From: a bacterium
GTDB lineage: Bacteria; Electryoneota; JAOADG01
Length of the DNA stretch: 64,000 nucleotides
Reading direction: 5' to 3'
NCBI GenBank assembly: GCA_963681965.1
Contig: OY820579.1
Span: 736,001-800,000 of the forward strand
Numbering within the stretch: the first letter of the stretch is position 1; each line of letters begins with the position of its first letter. A program made the translations under genes and the position numbers. This document shows positions 1 to 11,325 of the stretch, in pieces. The notes under the pieces were generated by a model, which was not told the origin of the DNA, did no database searches, and saw only the letters and a program-made list of their open reading frames with translations.

Positions 1-2
1 CC

Positions 3-1322
3 GGAAGAATTGGTGAAGTCGGTGTATATCCATTATCGGAGAATTTAAAACAACTCGGATTTCGATTGATCCGACTCAAAACCGGAACACCACCTCGCAT
101 TAAAAAAGAAACTGTCGATTTTGATCGCTGTCAGCCACAACCCGGTGACGATACTCCGGTCTTTTTTCATATCCTTTCGAAAACGCCCACACTCCCACAA
201 GTTGGGTGTTGGATTACCCGAACCAACCTTGAAACGCATAAAGAACTTGCCAAGGGATTTGATCGATCCCCCATGTTTACCGGGCGAATCAAAGGAATTG
301 GTCCCCGCTATTGTCCTAGTATCGAAGACAAAGTGAACCGTTTTTCCGATCGAGACAGCCATCAACTGTTTATCGAACCTGAGGGGTTAACACACCCTTG
401 GATATATCTAAACGGATTTTCAACCTCATTGCCGGAAGAAGTGCAGTTGGCTGCACTGCATACAATTCCCGGAATGGAGGTTGCCGAGATCGCTCGTCCG
501 GGGTATGCGGTTGAATACGATGCGATCCCTGCCGATTGTCTGCGATCGACATTTGAAACACGGGTGGTGTCAGGATTGTATTTTGCCGGTCAGATCAACG
601 GTACATCGGGTTATGAAGAGGCTGCTGCGCAAGGTTTTTGGGCAGGTGTAAATGCTGCGCTGAAGATTCGCGGCGACGCTCCGTTTTTTTTGCGACGGGA
701 TGAAGCGTACCTTGGGGTACTGTGTGATGACTTACGACTACGCGTTCCGGAAGAACCGTATCGCATGTTTACTTCGCGTGCGGAATATCGGCTGCTGTTA
801 AGGATCGATACTGTCGGCGAACGGTTGTTGTCGCACGGCGAACGCCTCGGTTTAATCTCATCTGAGGTGCGCGATGCATACCGCGAGCGGGTTGCTATGA
901 TCGCGTCGGGTGTTTCCGATTGTGCCACCAGAAAATATCTGCTTCCGGGTGCGGAGCGTCCAATTACTTGGAAAAGTGCATTGAAGCGTGAGGGGATTAC
1001 GCTTCCGATGTTATTGGCAGAATCGCCGATACCGCTACCCTATACTGAATATCCCGAGCTGGTCACTGCAGTTGAAACTCGGGTACGGTATGAAGGGTAT
1101 TTGTTGCGTGAGCAGAAGCAGGCAGAACGACTTCGAACCGAAGAATCGCGAAAGCTACCGGACGAATTGGACTACTCAACGATCCTTGCACTTTCGGCAG
1201 AAGCGCGAGATCAATTGGGTCGCACTAGACCGAATTCAATCGGTGAAGCAAGTCGCCTCTCGGGAGTGACTCCGGCAGACATATTGGTTTTGCTGACGTA
1301 CATTCGAGCACTTTCGAGGTAG
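3..1322 (+). CDS. mnmG: tRNA uridine-5-carboxymethylaminomethyl modification enzyme MnmG/GidA (5'-partial)
   Basis: Motifs [50 protein letters not shown]; frame is open to the window start. Confidence 0.97.
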   Translation, partial: GRIGEVGVYPLSENLKQLGFRLIRLKTGTPPRIKKETVDFDRCQPQPGDDTPVFFHILSKTPTLPQVGCWITRTNLETHKELAKGFDRSPMFTGRIKGIGPRYCPSIEDKVNRFSDRDSHQLFIEPEGLTHPWIYLNGFSTSLPEEVQLAALHTIPGMEVAEIARPGYAVEYDAIPADCLRSTFETRVVSGLYFAGQINGTSGYEEAAAQGFWAGVNAALKIRGDAPFFLRRDEAYLGVLCDDLRLRVPEEPYRMFTSRAEYRLLLRIDTVGERLLSHGERLGLISSEVRDAYRERVAMIASGVSDCATRKYLLPGAERPITWKSALKREGITLPMLLAESPIPLPYTEYPELVTAVETRVRYEGYLLREQKQAERLRTEESRKLPDELDYSTILALSAEARDQLGRTRPNSIGEASRLSGVTPADILVLLTYIRALSR

Positions 1323-1389
1323 CGAATCCGTGTACAAATATTCAACACCGAGTGTGAATGAAATGTGGATAAGTCGGGGATAACTAGGA

Positions 1390-1998
1390 ATGGCTTATAG
1401 TTATGAAGATTTAGCGACACTCCTCCGAGAGACGCATTCACTGAATAATGCATCACTTACGAAGCTGCTCAGCTTACAGAATTGCGTGTTTGAACAGCAG
1501 CGTCGGATGAATTTACTTTCTTCCAAAGATGTGAACAATCTGTGGATAACTTTAGCGAATGAATCCTGCTTTGCACTGCCCTTTTTACCCGATTCGGGAT
1601 CAGTACTTGATGTCGGAAGTGGTAATGGAATTCCAGGATTGGTGTTGGCTGTTGTCCGACCGGACCTGCAATTTTCACTTTCGGAGAGTGTGAATAAGAA
1701 AGCAGTTGCATTAGAGCGAATCCGCAGTCAACTCAATCTTCAAAACGTAACTGTACTTTCAGGACCAGTTCAAACCATTAAAAATCAACAATTCAACGTA
1801 ATAACTGCCCGAGCGGTAGCACCATTTCCAACACTTTGGCTGTGGACAACGCAGGTTCGAATGTTGAATACACGATACTTACTCTTCCGAGGATCGACCG
1901 AACTACAAACGACCGAAGCCTATCCGGATGAAATCCAAGAATTCCAAACTGTACCTGCAGGAAATGTCCAACTGTGGATTGGCGATGTCGTTCGGTAA
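1390..1998 (+). CDS. rsmG: 16S rRNA m7G527 methyltransferase RsmG/GidB
   Basis: SAM motif VLDVGSGNGIPG, ITARAVA; directly downstream of gidA. Confidence 0.92.
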   Translation: MAYSYEDLATLLRETHSLNNASLTKLLSLQNCVFEQQRRMNLLSSKDVNNLWITLANESCFALPFLPDSGSVLDVGSGNGIPGLVLAVVRPDLQFSLSESVNKKAVALERIRSQLNLQNVTVLSGPVQTIKNQQFNVITARAVAPFPTLWLWTTQVRMLNTRYLLFRGSTELQTTEAYPDEIQEFQTVPAGNVQLWIGDVVR

Positions 1999-2094
1999 AA
2001 TGCGTGGATTATTGTTAGAGAATTTGAGTTAAGATTGAGGTTTGAACTTGCCGAATGGTGTCGTAAAAAGAATCAGGTTTCTAAAACGAGAAAC

Positions 2095-2115
2095 GCCATC
2101 TCAAAATGAGATGGC
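2095..2115 (-). terminator. Hairpin 3' of tRNA-Ser(CGA)
   Basis: gccatctca-aaa-tgagatggc perfect 9-bp stem. Confidence 0.6.
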
Positions 2116-2121
2116 ATTCTG

Positions 2122-2207
2122 CGGAGAGTGAGGGATTCGAACCCCCGGAAGGCGTAGCCTTCAACGGTTTTCGAGACCGCCCCGTTCGACCGCTCCGGCA
2201 ACTCTCC
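2122..2207 (-). tRNA. tRNA-Ser(CGA)
   Basis: Reverse complement GGAGAGTTGCCGGAGCGG...CT-CGA-AA, long variable arm, GTTCGAATCCCTCACTCTCCG. Confidence 0.96.
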
Positions 2208-2218
2208 GAAAGCGACAT

Positions 2219-2247
2219 ATTATAAGACAATTTCTCGGTCATCGCAA
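2219..2247 (-). promoter_or_regulatory. sigma70-type promoter of tRNA-Ser(CGA)
   Basis: TTGCGA-N17-TATAAT on the minus strand just upstream of the tRNA. Confidence 0.6.
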
Positions 2248-2292
2248 CCGTATCGAAGCTTGCGCCTCTATGGCGCAAAGAAAGTTATTTCT

Positions 2293-3729
2293 GTGACAAC
2301 GATTGTATGGGTTCGGAACGATTTTCGATTTCACGACAACCCGGCACTACTGTATGCAACGCAAGCGGGTGTAGCGCTTCCAGTCTATATCTGGTCGCCG
2401 GAAGAGGCGGGTGACTGGCAACCGGGCGAGGCGTCGCGCTGGTGGCTGAACCACACGCTTGGTCGATTTTCGGAAGCACTCCAGCAACGTGGATCAGCAC
2501 TCTGTTTACGCTGTGGCGATACACTAACTCAATTATTATCGGTTGCGACAGCGATCGGAGCAACAACCGTTGCATGGAACAGACGATACGATCCGATCGG
2601 TCGACAATGCGATGAATGGGTCGAAGCGGGATTGCGGGCATCGGGAATAGACGTCCAGACATTTCCCGGAAATGTGTTAATTGAACCCGATACAATTTCA
2701 ACGAAAGACAGTAAACCGTTTCAGAAATTCACGCCGTTCTGGAACAAATTATCTCAATCGCTCCTCCCCACTCCAGTGGATTCAGTTCCCGATCGAATGC
2801 AATTGCCGCAGCGTCTGCCGGCATCGGTACCACTGGCTGAAATGACGATTCAAATAAATCGGCTATCGTCAGCACACTTGATAAACTTCTGGCGTCCGGG
2901 TGAAGTGGTGGCACTGGAGCGTGTCGAAGAATTTATCGGTTCATCGATCCGGGAGTATGCAGATCAGCGCGATTATCCAGCTCTTGCCGGAACATCGCGC
3001 TTGTCTCCTCACCTTACTTTCGGCGAATTATCGGTGCGGGATTTGTGGCAACGGTTGCTGAATGAAAAAAACGCGATCATAGAAATCGAGCCGATGACGA
3101 ATGTTACCGGTATCGATACTTTTATTAAAGAACTGGCTTGGCGGGAGTTTGCATATCATGTGCTATGGCATTTTCCCCAAACAGTAGACGAGCCGATGAA
3201 TACGAAATTCCGAAATTTTCCATGGCGGACGTCGAAAGAGTTTCTGGAAAAATGGGAGTGTGGTGAGACGGGATATCCGATTGTCGATGCCGGGATGCGC
3301 GAATTATTTCAAACTGGCTGGATGCATAATCGTGTGCGAATGATTGTTGCTTCTTTTTTAACAAAAGATTTGTTGTGTAATTGGGTTGATGGTGCGCGAT
3401 GGTTTTGGGACAAACTAGTTGATGCCGATTTTGCGAACAACTCTTTGGGATGGCAATGGTGTGCCGGATGTGGCGCGGATGCTGCCCCTTACTTCCGGAT
3501 CTTTAATCCGACGGTTCAGAGTCGAAAATTCGACGCCACAGGATCCTATTTAAGACGATTTCTTCCAGAAATCGATACGTTACCTGTAAACGTTATTCAT
3601 GATCCGTGGCAGGCGTCTGGGGCAAATAGAACGATAGGTAACAAAATCCCGGGGATAAAATACCCGACCCCGATCGTAAATCATAGTGATATGCGGAATA
3701 TTGTATTATCTATATATTCAAATACGTAA
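2293..3729 (+). CDS. phrB: Deoxyribodipyrimidine (CPD) photolyase
   Basis: VWVRNDFRFHDNPAL, TSRLSPHLTFGE, GWMHNRVRMIVASFL, APYFRIFNP; GTG start at 2293 preferred. Confidence 0.93.
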   Translation: MTTIVWVRNDFRFHDNPALLYATQAGVALPVYIWSPEEAGDWQPGEASRWWLNHTLGRFSEALQQRGSALCLRCGDTLTQLLSVATAIGATTVAWNRRYDPIGRQCDEWVEAGLRASGIDVQTFPGNVLIEPDTISTKDSKPFQKFTPFWNKLSQSLLPTPVDSVPDRMQLPQRLPASVPLAEMTIQINRLSSAHLINFWRPGEVVALERVEEFIGSSIREYADQRDYPALAGTSRLSPHLTFGELSVRDLWQRLLNEKNAIIEIEPMTNVTGIDTFIKELAWREFAYHVLWHFPQTVDEPMNTKFRNFPWRTSKEFLEKWECGETGYPIVDAGMRELFQTGWMHNRVRMIVASFLTKDLLCNWVDGARWFWDKLVDADFANNSLGWQWCAGCGADAAPYFRIFNPTVQSRKFDATGSYLRRFLPEIDTLPVNVIHDPWQASGANRTIGNKIPGIKYPTPIVNHSDMRNIVLSIYSNT

Positions 3730-3765
3730 GATAAACAAAAAAATCAAATCTCTCTGACAGAAAAT

Positions 3766-4743
3766 CTATTTTTGATTCACTTCTGTGTTTTTTGAGTGAT
3801 CCAGTTCCCACTGCAACTCTTGCTCTTTTTTCTCGGGCAAAATGGAGTAGCCGCGAGTAAAACCGAGAAACAGCATTACGATTGCGAACATCGACATTAA
3901 CCAGACGATTTCCGAATAACTGCGATGTACACTGAGAATGTAGTTCGGAGAGCGTCGCATAAACGTTGGCAAAACGAGATGGAAGACAAGGTTGTCGTCG
4001 CCAAGAAACCCGGCACGTTCGTATTCGACATAGCGATCGACTTTAATCGGTCCTCGGCGATATAGGGTTTTATTTTTGTAGCTGATCCACACAGTAGTAC
4101 GTTCGATGTTGGGAAGATCTTTCACGGTACCCGGTTCGTTAACGCCCACCACCCAGCGCATTGGCGGCAATGCCAACACCGAATCGTAAAGTGGTTTTAG
4201 CGATCGATTCAATTCCGGTCGATAGATTGCCAGACAGCGAAAGAAAACAGTATCGGATCGCGAGAGCGTTTTTAGATTTAGTTGCCAGAGTGAATCATTA
4301 AAGACATCGAAGGAGGATGGTTGCTTGGATGAAAGAATATCGATCGATTTTTTGAGGAACGATTTTGGCGGCAGCGAATCGATAATGGATGTCTCGTCGA
4401 TCGAAAGCTGGTCGCGATATTTGCGACCGGCAACGAAGTGCGAATACCGATTGTAGGGTGCAGGAAGATTCGGAACAACGCGTTTGAAATCGAGAAAACA
4501 TGAATCCGCGAAATACGCTTCGATAGTTGGTTCGGTCGTCGGAGAATGAAGCGGAGTTGCTACCGCAGAAAGATATCGCGACACGAAGTCGATAAAATAT
4601 CGATTCGGTTCGCGATAGGTTTGAGTGGTGTAGAGTTCGGCTTGATCGGTTGAATAAACAATCAACAACGCAACACCACTCAACAGGCAGATTTGTAGAA
4701 CTACCAGTAGGGAAATCCGAATTTTTCGGTGCGGGTGCATCAT
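3766..4743 (-). CDS. Hypothetical membrane protein (N- and C-terminal TM segments)
   Basis: 325-aa ORF with two hydrophobic stretches; no recognised motif. Confidence 0.6.
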   Translation of the reverse strand: MMHPHRKIRISLLVVLQICLLSGVALLIVYSTDQAELYTTQTYREPNRYFIDFVSRYLSAVATPLHSPTTEPTIEAYFADSCFLDFKRVVPNLPAPYNRYSHFVAGRKYRDQLSIDETSIIDSLPPKSFLKKSIDILSSKQPSSFDVFNDSLWQLNLKTLSRSDTVFFRCLAIYRPELNRSLKPLYDSVLALPPMRWVVGVNEPGTVKDLPNIERTTVWISYKNKTLYRRGPIKVDRYVEYERAGFLGDDNLVFHLVLPTFMRRSPNYILSVHRSYSEIVWLMSMFAIVMLFLGFTRGYSILPEKKEQELQWELDHSKNTEVNQK

Positions 4744-4835
4744 GTTGTGGTCGTACTAGTTAACCCTGCTAAGTAATAGCGATTCGCATCAAACCGAAAG
4801 CAAAAAAACTACCTACCCGGAAATCCTAAAAAGAG

Positions 4836-5369
4836 TTATTCGCCAGCGGCATGTTCCAATGTAATTTCACTGATACCAAACCAAAAACCGCTGCCGGTAA
4901 TCGAATCCAATTCTGCTTGAATAATTTCAACATGCGCTTCTTCCATTTCAATCATTCGGGCAAAAATGCTGCGTGCCGCGGCATCGTTGGTGTTGGCGTA
5001 AAAATCCTGATAGAAGCGAACAGCTTTCGACTCGTGGTGTAGTGCGGTTTTCAGGGCGTCGACAGCAGACAAACCGGTTTCGTCGGTGATATGATGTTTC
5101 TTTTCGGCAAATTTGGGACGAATCCGCTCAAGTAGGGTTTTCGGGAGATCTTTCGGGCGAAAGTTGCCGGTTTCCTCCAAGTGGGCATACTGCTCTTCCA
5201 GCAGTTTCATGTGATCGACTTCGTCGAGTGCCAATTGAAGAAACATGTTTTTGCCGCTAACCCCCTCGGTTTTAATCGCATAGCGTAAGTAGCTTTCCAG
5301 CCCCTCTTTTTCGGCAGCGATTGCAAGTCGAAGTGCGCCTAGTGCGTCGGCAGATGGTTCGAAGATCAT
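4836..5369 (-). CDS. Ferritin-like/rubrerythrin family di-iron protein
   Basis: Duplicated E..ExxH ligands (LDEVDH, EMEEAH); G-rich RBS before ATG 5369. Confidence 0.85.
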   Translation of the reverse strand: MIFEPSADALGALRLAIAAEKEGLESYLRYAIKTEGVSGKNMFLQLALDEVDHMKLLEEQYAHLEETGNFRPKDLPKTLLERIRPKFAEKKHHITDETGLSAVDALKTALHHESKAVRFYQDFYANTNDAAARSIFARMIEMEEAHVEIIQAELDSITGSGFWFGISEITLEHAAGE

Positions 5370-5634
5370 GTATACCCCCCTATTCGTTTGCGGCAAGATA
5401 GCGTTTTAATGCTTAAAAGTGCAACACTCTACGGTTGCTGTACAAAAATTGATACAGTTCGGTTAAAAAAGGTTGTTTGGTGCCGGTAACCGATGTATTT
5501 TTTCGTTGTGAAAGCAGCGCATATCGTTTTCGACCGAATCGGTTTTACGATCATGCCTGTTTCTTGAATATACTGATGGAAATTCCTCAATAGATATACG
5601 TATCGACCTTGTCCACTCGAGAAAGGACAATCAG

Positions 5635-8034
5635 ATGTACCGATTGATATTCGTTTTATTGTTATTAGCTCTTGCTGCACTAGTTTTTGCAGCCGAATTT
5701 GAAACGGTTCCGATGCAACGCAGCATGCCGGTTTCAAGTATCGATAGCCGACTTCCGGGCAACGAGTTGCCGCCAACAACTGTTCCCCTCCCCCACATTC
5801 TCGACGACACCCTGCAATCGTGGGATTTTACGTCGCCCCAAGGCTGGACCTTTACCGACGCATCGGACATTGGTACGATGTGGCACCGCGACACCGTTCG
5901 TGGTATTGCCGGCGACAGCGCATGGTGGTGTGGCGATCCGGGTTTGTTCAGTCGCGGTTATGGCGACTATTGGTTCCAGGTTGTTCAAACCCCGATGATC
6001 GATTTAACATCGGCAACCAATCCCACAGTTGGATGTAAATTGTGGTGGGCGCTTGAGAGTGCCGGGTCGTCGATGGGTTATGATGGAGTTACCCTGTGGG
6101 TTTCCACCGATGGTGGTGCCACCTTCCAAGTACTTAACGGTGTCACACCGGCTTACACCTCGTCCCGGCTAAACGCCGCAACTTCGATCTGCTGGAATCT
6201 CGGAGAGAACGTTCCCGGTTATTGCGGCATGTCGAATGGTTATCGAACGGTATCCGCCAGTCTTGCAAGTTATTGTCAAGATTCGGTCGTCGTGCGCTGG
6301 ACATTATTGTCAGATCGCGCGATTTCCGGTGCGTTTCGCGATACACTGATTGGCGCGTATCTCGACTCCGTTCGGATTACCGGTGGCACGCAAACTTACT
6401 TTAGCGACAACGGCAACGCCAGTGCCAATGGTTTACGAGCCGTTCACACACGCGGTTTTGGACACCACTGGGAGTGGTCGAATTCATCATACGTATCGGC
6501 ACCAACTTCGGCGCATTGCTTCGACAATTACGCGAACCAGTTGGGCTGTCTTGTCAGCCCCCCCATCTCGATTCCGATGCGATCGGTGTATTTTACGTTC
6601 TCGGTGAACTGCGACATGCTCGATAGTACTCATGCGGACGATCCCAATGGCAGGCTTCGCCACTACTATCAGGTAGAAGTGCTGGGTCCGGATTCGATCT
6701 GGCATTGGATTACCTCGGACTATATGCGTGGCGGTCACGGTGGGTCGGGATGGTACGATTACGTCCCAGGTAGTGCATATGGCGGAAATACTTCGCTCAA
6801 TTTATCGTTGTGGGCTGGTCAAACCATCAAACTTCGATTTAAAGTGATTACCGATTACGATATTACACCTGCCGGAACCGGTCTTTGGATCGACAATGTT
6901 CGCATTATGGGCGATTCGCGCGAGTTGTATGATCTAGAACCGGTCCACATGTACATTCCGTTCCCGACTACGGTTGGCGTGACTCCGTCGAGTCAGGATT
7001 CATTGCGAATACACAACTTTAGTCGCGGAGTATTGACGAATGTTGCATGGGATATGCGACTGGATACCGCTTGGGTGACGCAAGACACGATCCCGGTAGC
7101 ATTGCCGGATAGCGAATTTATTTACACATTCAGTATTCCACTCACTACTCCGGGCGTGATTCACCCGGCAGTTCGCATACCGATGCCGACCGATCCGGTG
7201 ACTTACAAGTCGCTCTATATGGAAGATGTAATTATCCAACCGGAACATTTCCTCGAAATCGGGTACGATAATCGGTTGTGGACGAAACGCGATACGCTTC
7301 CCGCAAATATGCATTATGCGGAAATGATTGTGCCAAGTTCGGTAGGGGTTTCCGGAACATATCATGTAGCACAAATCCGGTTTGCCACGTTCGGTGGACC
7401 TGCAACCGCAGTCCACGCGAAATTGATGACATCGACTTCGAGTCGACCCGGTGTTACGTTGGTGGACACCCTTGTGACCATTCCCCAGTCGCCGGATTCC
7501 GTGATTACTTGGCATACGGTCGATATTAGTGGTCGCGCCGAATCGCGCAATCGAACCGGTACTTCGTTTGTGGTTCTCACCCCACCCGATGCGCCGTTGG
7601 TAATGCCATATTTGGCAGTAACCGATACACTCGCTTACGGGGGCTCGCGCGCTTATCGCTGGGCAGGCGGAACGGCACGACCGGTATTGAATTCACACGA
7701 TCAGGCAATTCGCGTCGTCGTCGAATGGCCGGTAACCTCGTCGGCACCGGAACATGTAGATGCACCGCTACCAACAACACTAGCACTGTCGGCATACCCC
7801 AATCCATTTAACTCGACAACGCATCTTTCCGTGTCGATTCCGAAGAGTGGAATGGTCGAACTGGCAGTATTCGATGTAACTGGCAGACAAGTCGCATCGC
7901 TTTATCGCGGCAATTTATCGGCAGGAACTTATCGCTATGAATGGCGCGCCGATCGGTATGCTAGCGGCGTCTATTTTGTTCGGATTAATGCCGACAACAC
8001 CGTTAAGATGCAAAAGGTCTCGCTTCTTAAGTAG
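5635..8034 (+). CDS. Secreted protein with immune-inhibitor-A/MAM-like beta domains and T9SS/FlgD-like C-terminal domain
   Basis: Signal peptide; YDGVTLWVSTDGG, GLWIDNVRI; C-terminal AYPNPFN...QKVSLLK. Confidence 0.75.
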   Translation: MYRLIFVLLLLALAALVFAAEFETVPMQRSMPVSSIDSRLPGNELPPTTVPLPHILDDTLQSWDFTSPQGWTFTDASDIGTMWHRDTVRGIAGDSAWWCGDPGLFSRGYGDYWFQVVQTPMIDLTSATNPTVGCKLWWALESAGSSMGYDGVTLWVSTDGGATFQVLNGVTPAYTSSRLNAATSICWNLGENVPGYCGMSNGYRTVSASLASYCQDSVVVRWTLLSDRAISGAFRDTLIGAYLDSVRITGGTQTYFSDNGNASANGLRAVHTRGFGHHWEWSNSSYVSAPTSAHCFDNYANQLGCLVSPPISIPMRSVYFTFSVNCDMLDSTHADDPNGRLRHYYQVEVLGPDSIWHWITSDYMRGGHGGSGWYDYVPGSAYGGNTSLNLSLWAGQTIKLRFKVITDYDITPAGTGLWIDNVRIMGDSRELYDLEPVHMYIPFPTTVGVTPSSQDSLRIHNFSRGVLTNVAWDMRLDTAWVTQDTIPVALPDSEFIYTFSIPLTTPGVIHPAVRIPMPTDPVTYKSLYMEDVIIQPEHFLEIGYDNRLWTKRDTLPANMHYAEMIVPSSVGVSGTYHVAQIRFATFGGPATAVHAKLMTSTSSRPGVTLVDTLVTIPQSPDSVITWHTVDISGRAESRNRTGTSFVVLTPPDAPLVMPYLAVTDTLAYGGSRAYRWAGGTARPVLNSHDQAIRVVVEWPVTSSAPEHVDAPLPTTLALSAYPNPFNSTTHLSVSIPKSGMVELAVFDVTGRQVASLYRGNLSAGTYRYEWRADRYASGVYFVRINADNTVKMQKVSLLK

Positions 8035-8242
8035 AACGTTTTTTAGGCGTTAAATTTCTTTATGTGATGTAGAACACTCATTTATTCGCATAAGCTGGTT
8101 GAAAACGCGAAAAAGTGACCGATATTATAGTGAGGACGTTTTGGGGTAGGTGCTCCCTACCCCAAAGCGGACAAGGTATTGAAAAACGATTGGTAATCGA
8201 TGGCGATGACCGGATGAAATTTCTTTTATATCGAGGTCGATA

Positions 8243-11197
8243 GTGACTCTACGTCGACGCGTTTTCTTCCTGCTAGTTGTAACCCTTGTGTTAATCGCAT
8301 CGTTCGAGTATTTCTTCAACATTTTTCTTTCCAATAAAAATTTCCGAGTATATGAAACCCGCCAAGTTCAACGAAGTATCGATCGCGCTCAAAACGCGCT
8401 CAACCAAGAATTAGAGCACCTTCAGATTTTTGCAACCGATTGGTCGAGTTGGGATGAAACGTACAAATTTGCACAGTCGAGAGATAAAAAATTTGTTGAA
8501 CAAGAGCTGATTACCCAATTTTACATTACTTCGCGGATCAATTATTGTGCGATTATCGATAACAACAACGAGTTTGCCTACGCTCGTGGATACGATTTTT
8601 TAAACAGCACCGACCAAGAGTTTCCCGAACTGACGGCGGAATTTTTCCGCAATTCGGGACTGGTTTTTCCAATTTCCGATAAATTATTATGCAACAAAGG
8701 CATCTTACGGCTTTCAAATTCCGATATGCTTGTCGCTGCACTGCCGATTTTAACCAGTGAAAATAATGGTCCTAGCACCGGAACGCTTATTATGGGTCGG
8801 TTACTGGACAAGACGATGAACGACCGACTGGCGAAGAATATTGAGTTGCAATTTTCATTGGCGCTACAGTCGTCGACGAATGACAGTATTCTACAGCACC
8901 TCCGTACCGAAAAGAAATGGATCGACGATTCGCACACTAACAGCCTGTATAAATCCGGATCGATCGGATATTCGCTTGTCAACGACATTCGCGGAAAACC
9001 GGAATATGTCATTATCGTGGTTGTTCCGAACGAGCTGAAACCGTTACTCGATGCGCAAAATTTTGGCTCGTTTGCCAGCATACTGGTGTTGTTAAGTTTG
9101 TATGGCGCGCTTTGGTTGTTGTTGTCTCAAACAGTACTGAAGCGAGTTGAATCGTTAACCAATCAAGTCTCGCGCATTGGTGAGCAGGCAGAGTCGTCGC
9201 TTCGTACGTCGATTACCGGAAACGACGAGTTATCGATCTTGTCGGGTCGCATTAATTCGATGTTGGAAAATCTGTATCGAGCCGGCGAAACGCTTAACGA
9301 AGCAAATCGCCGATTTCGGGATATTTTATCCAACGTTCGATTGCTGGGTTTTATCCTCAATGCCGAAGGAAAAGTCGAGTTTGTCAATAAATGTGTACAG
9401 GAAATTACCGGTTGGAGCGAAGCGGAATTAATCGGTCAAAGTTGGTTCGAAAAAACGGTTCCCGAGAAATATCGGGATAAGCGATATCGCGATTTTATCG
9501 AATCGATCGCGAGTTCGCGATTTGATTTGCAGCCACTCAGTGAGATTGAAACGCGTAGCGGTGAACGGCGAACGATTTTATTCAATCAAATACCACTTCA
9601 CGACCAAACGGGTCAGATTGTCGGTGTTGCGGTTATTGGCGAGGATATCACCGATCGAATTCTGGCTGAAGCAGAAATCCGTCGTCTGGCAACACTGGTC
9701 GAAGCGTCCACCGAAGCGATTATTATTACCGATCTAGAGACCAACCTGATTTATATCAATCCAGCGTTTACTCGCACATTCGGTTATAGTGCTCAAGAAG
9801 TACTGGGTAGACCATTTGCGCTTTTGCAAAGCGATCGTCACGGTGGAGAATTTTACCACGAAATTTGGCAGACGGTCTCACGCGGCATCGTCTGGAATGG
9901 CGAGTTGTTTGGAAATCGCCGGGGTGGTGGGTCGATCGAATTGGCGATCGCGTTTTTGCCACTGCGCGATCCATCCGGGGAATTGACGCATTATGGAATT
10001 TTTGCCCGCGACGTAACGCAACAAAATGAAATGCAAACCCAATTGAATCGTGCGCAACGATTTGTCGCAATCGGTGAATTGACAGGCGGTATCGCGCACA
10101 ATTTCAACAACGTTTTAACCGTGATCATGGGCAATATCGGATTGGCAAAATTTGCCGAACGCGATCAAGCAAAAACGTGTTTGAGTGAAGCGGAAAACGC
10201 TTGTTTCCGTGCCTCCGACTTGATCAAACAGTTGATGGTATTTAGCCGACGCACGCAAATCGAACGCCTGCCCGTCTCGGTCAACGAATTAATCCGCGAG
10301 GTTACGACGTTGGTGCGCAGCACCTTCGATCGGCGTTTCGAAATTGTTCAGGAATCCCCCAAACCGTTGCGAAAAGTCGATGGCGACGCGTCGCAATTGC
10401 ATCAAGTATTATTGAATATGTGTTTCAATGCAAAGGACGCGCTTTATGCCGTTGCAACCGATTCCAATCGCCAGTTGCGCATCACGCTAAGCGCTCGCGA
10501 AGAAGAGATTGAAAACAAAATTGTCGATGCGGAAGAGCGAAGCGGTAAATTTGTATGCATTACCGTAAGCGATACCGGCTGCGGTATGACATCTGAAGTG
10601 TTGAAGCATATATTTGAACCATTTTATACAACCAAAGAGGTCGGTCAAGGAACCGGTCTGGGGTTATCGACCGCGTTCGGAATTGTAAAACAACACAACG
10701 GTTGGATATCGGCTTCAAGTACGATCAATGTTGGTACAACTTTCCAAATTTATTTACCGACAATGGAAGGCGATACCGCTATCGAAGACGAAGATAAACC
10801 CCCATCGGCGTCGCTCCGCGGAACCGAATCGATATTGCTGATCGAAGACGAAGAAATGGTTCGCAAATACGCACTTCTGTTGTTGCAAGGTCTTGGTTAT
10901 CGAATTACGATTGCGCAGAACGGGTTGGAAGGGTTGAAAATCATCGAACAGCGGAAAGGTGAATTTTCATTAATTATTTTGGATATATCAATGCCGGTGA
11001 TGACCGGGATCGAATTCTTAACACGTGCCGCTACTGTCGATCCAACGATTCGGGTGATATTGGCCAGCGGATTGCCGAAGATCGAGTTAGCGCCAGAGTT
11101 GGAACAGATGGTAATAGGAAGCGTTCCCAAGCCATATCGTCCGGATGAACTTGTGCGGGCGATACGAAAAGCATTGGAAACGAAAAGCGAAACATAA
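8243..11197 (+). CDS. Hybrid histidine kinase (CHASE4-HAMP-PAS-PAS-HisKA-HATPase-REC)
   Basis: DWSSWDETY (CHASE4), GGIAHNFNN H-box, FYTTKEVGQGTGLGL, C-terminal receiver. Confidence 0.9.
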   Translation: MTLRRRVFFLLVVTLVLIASFEYFFNIFLSNKNFRVYETRQVQRSIDRAQNALNQELEHLQIFATDWSSWDETYKFAQSRDKKFVEQELITQFYITSRINYCAIIDNNNEFAYARGYDFLNSTDQEFPELTAEFFRNSGLVFPISDKLLCNKGILRLSNSDMLVAALPILTSENNGPSTGTLIMGRLLDKTMNDRLAKNIELQFSLALQSSTNDSILQHLRTEKKWIDDSHTNSLYKSGSIGYSLVNDIRGKPEYVIIVVVPNELKPLLDAQNFGSFASILVLLSLYGALWLLLSQTVLKRVESLTNQVSRIGEQAESSLRTSITGNDELSILSGRINSMLENLYRAGETLNEANRRFRDILSNVRLLGFILNAEGKVEFVNKCVQEITGWSEAELIGQSWFEKTVPEKYRDKRYRDFIESIASSRFDLQPLSEIETRSGERRTILFNQIPLHDQTGQIVGVAVIGEDITDRILAEAEIRRLATLVEASTEAIIITDLETNLIYINPAFTRTFGYSAQEVLGRPFALLQSDRHGGEFYHEIWQTVSRGIVWNGELFGNRRGGGSIELAIAFLPLRDPSGELTHYGIFARDVTQQNEMQTQLNRAQRFVAIGELTGGIAHNFNNVLTVIMGNIGLAKFAERDQAKTCLSEAENACFRASDLIKQLMVFSRRTQIERLPVSVNELIREVTTLVRSTFDRRFEIVQESPKPLRKVDGDASQLHQVLLNMCFNAKDALYAVATDSNRQLRITLSAREEEIENKIVDAEERSGKFVCITVSDTGCGMTSEVLKHIFEPFYTTKEVGQGTGLGLSTAFGIVKQHNGWISASSTINVGTTFQIYLPTMEGDTAIEDEDKPPSASLRGTESILLIEDEEMVRKYALLLLQGLGYRITIAQNGLEGLKIIEQRKGEFSLIILDISMPVMTGIEFLTRAATVDPTIRVILASGLPKIELAPELEQMVIGSVPKPYRPDELVRAIRKALETKSET

Positions 11198-11325
11198 TGT
11201 CAATTCAGCGAACAAGAATTAGTTCTAATTCAACGATTTAACGTCATATTCGGTCCATCGAGATATTGTATTTTTACTACTAATATTGAGATCGATTTTC
11301 CGAAGAAAAATTTCGAAAGGATGCT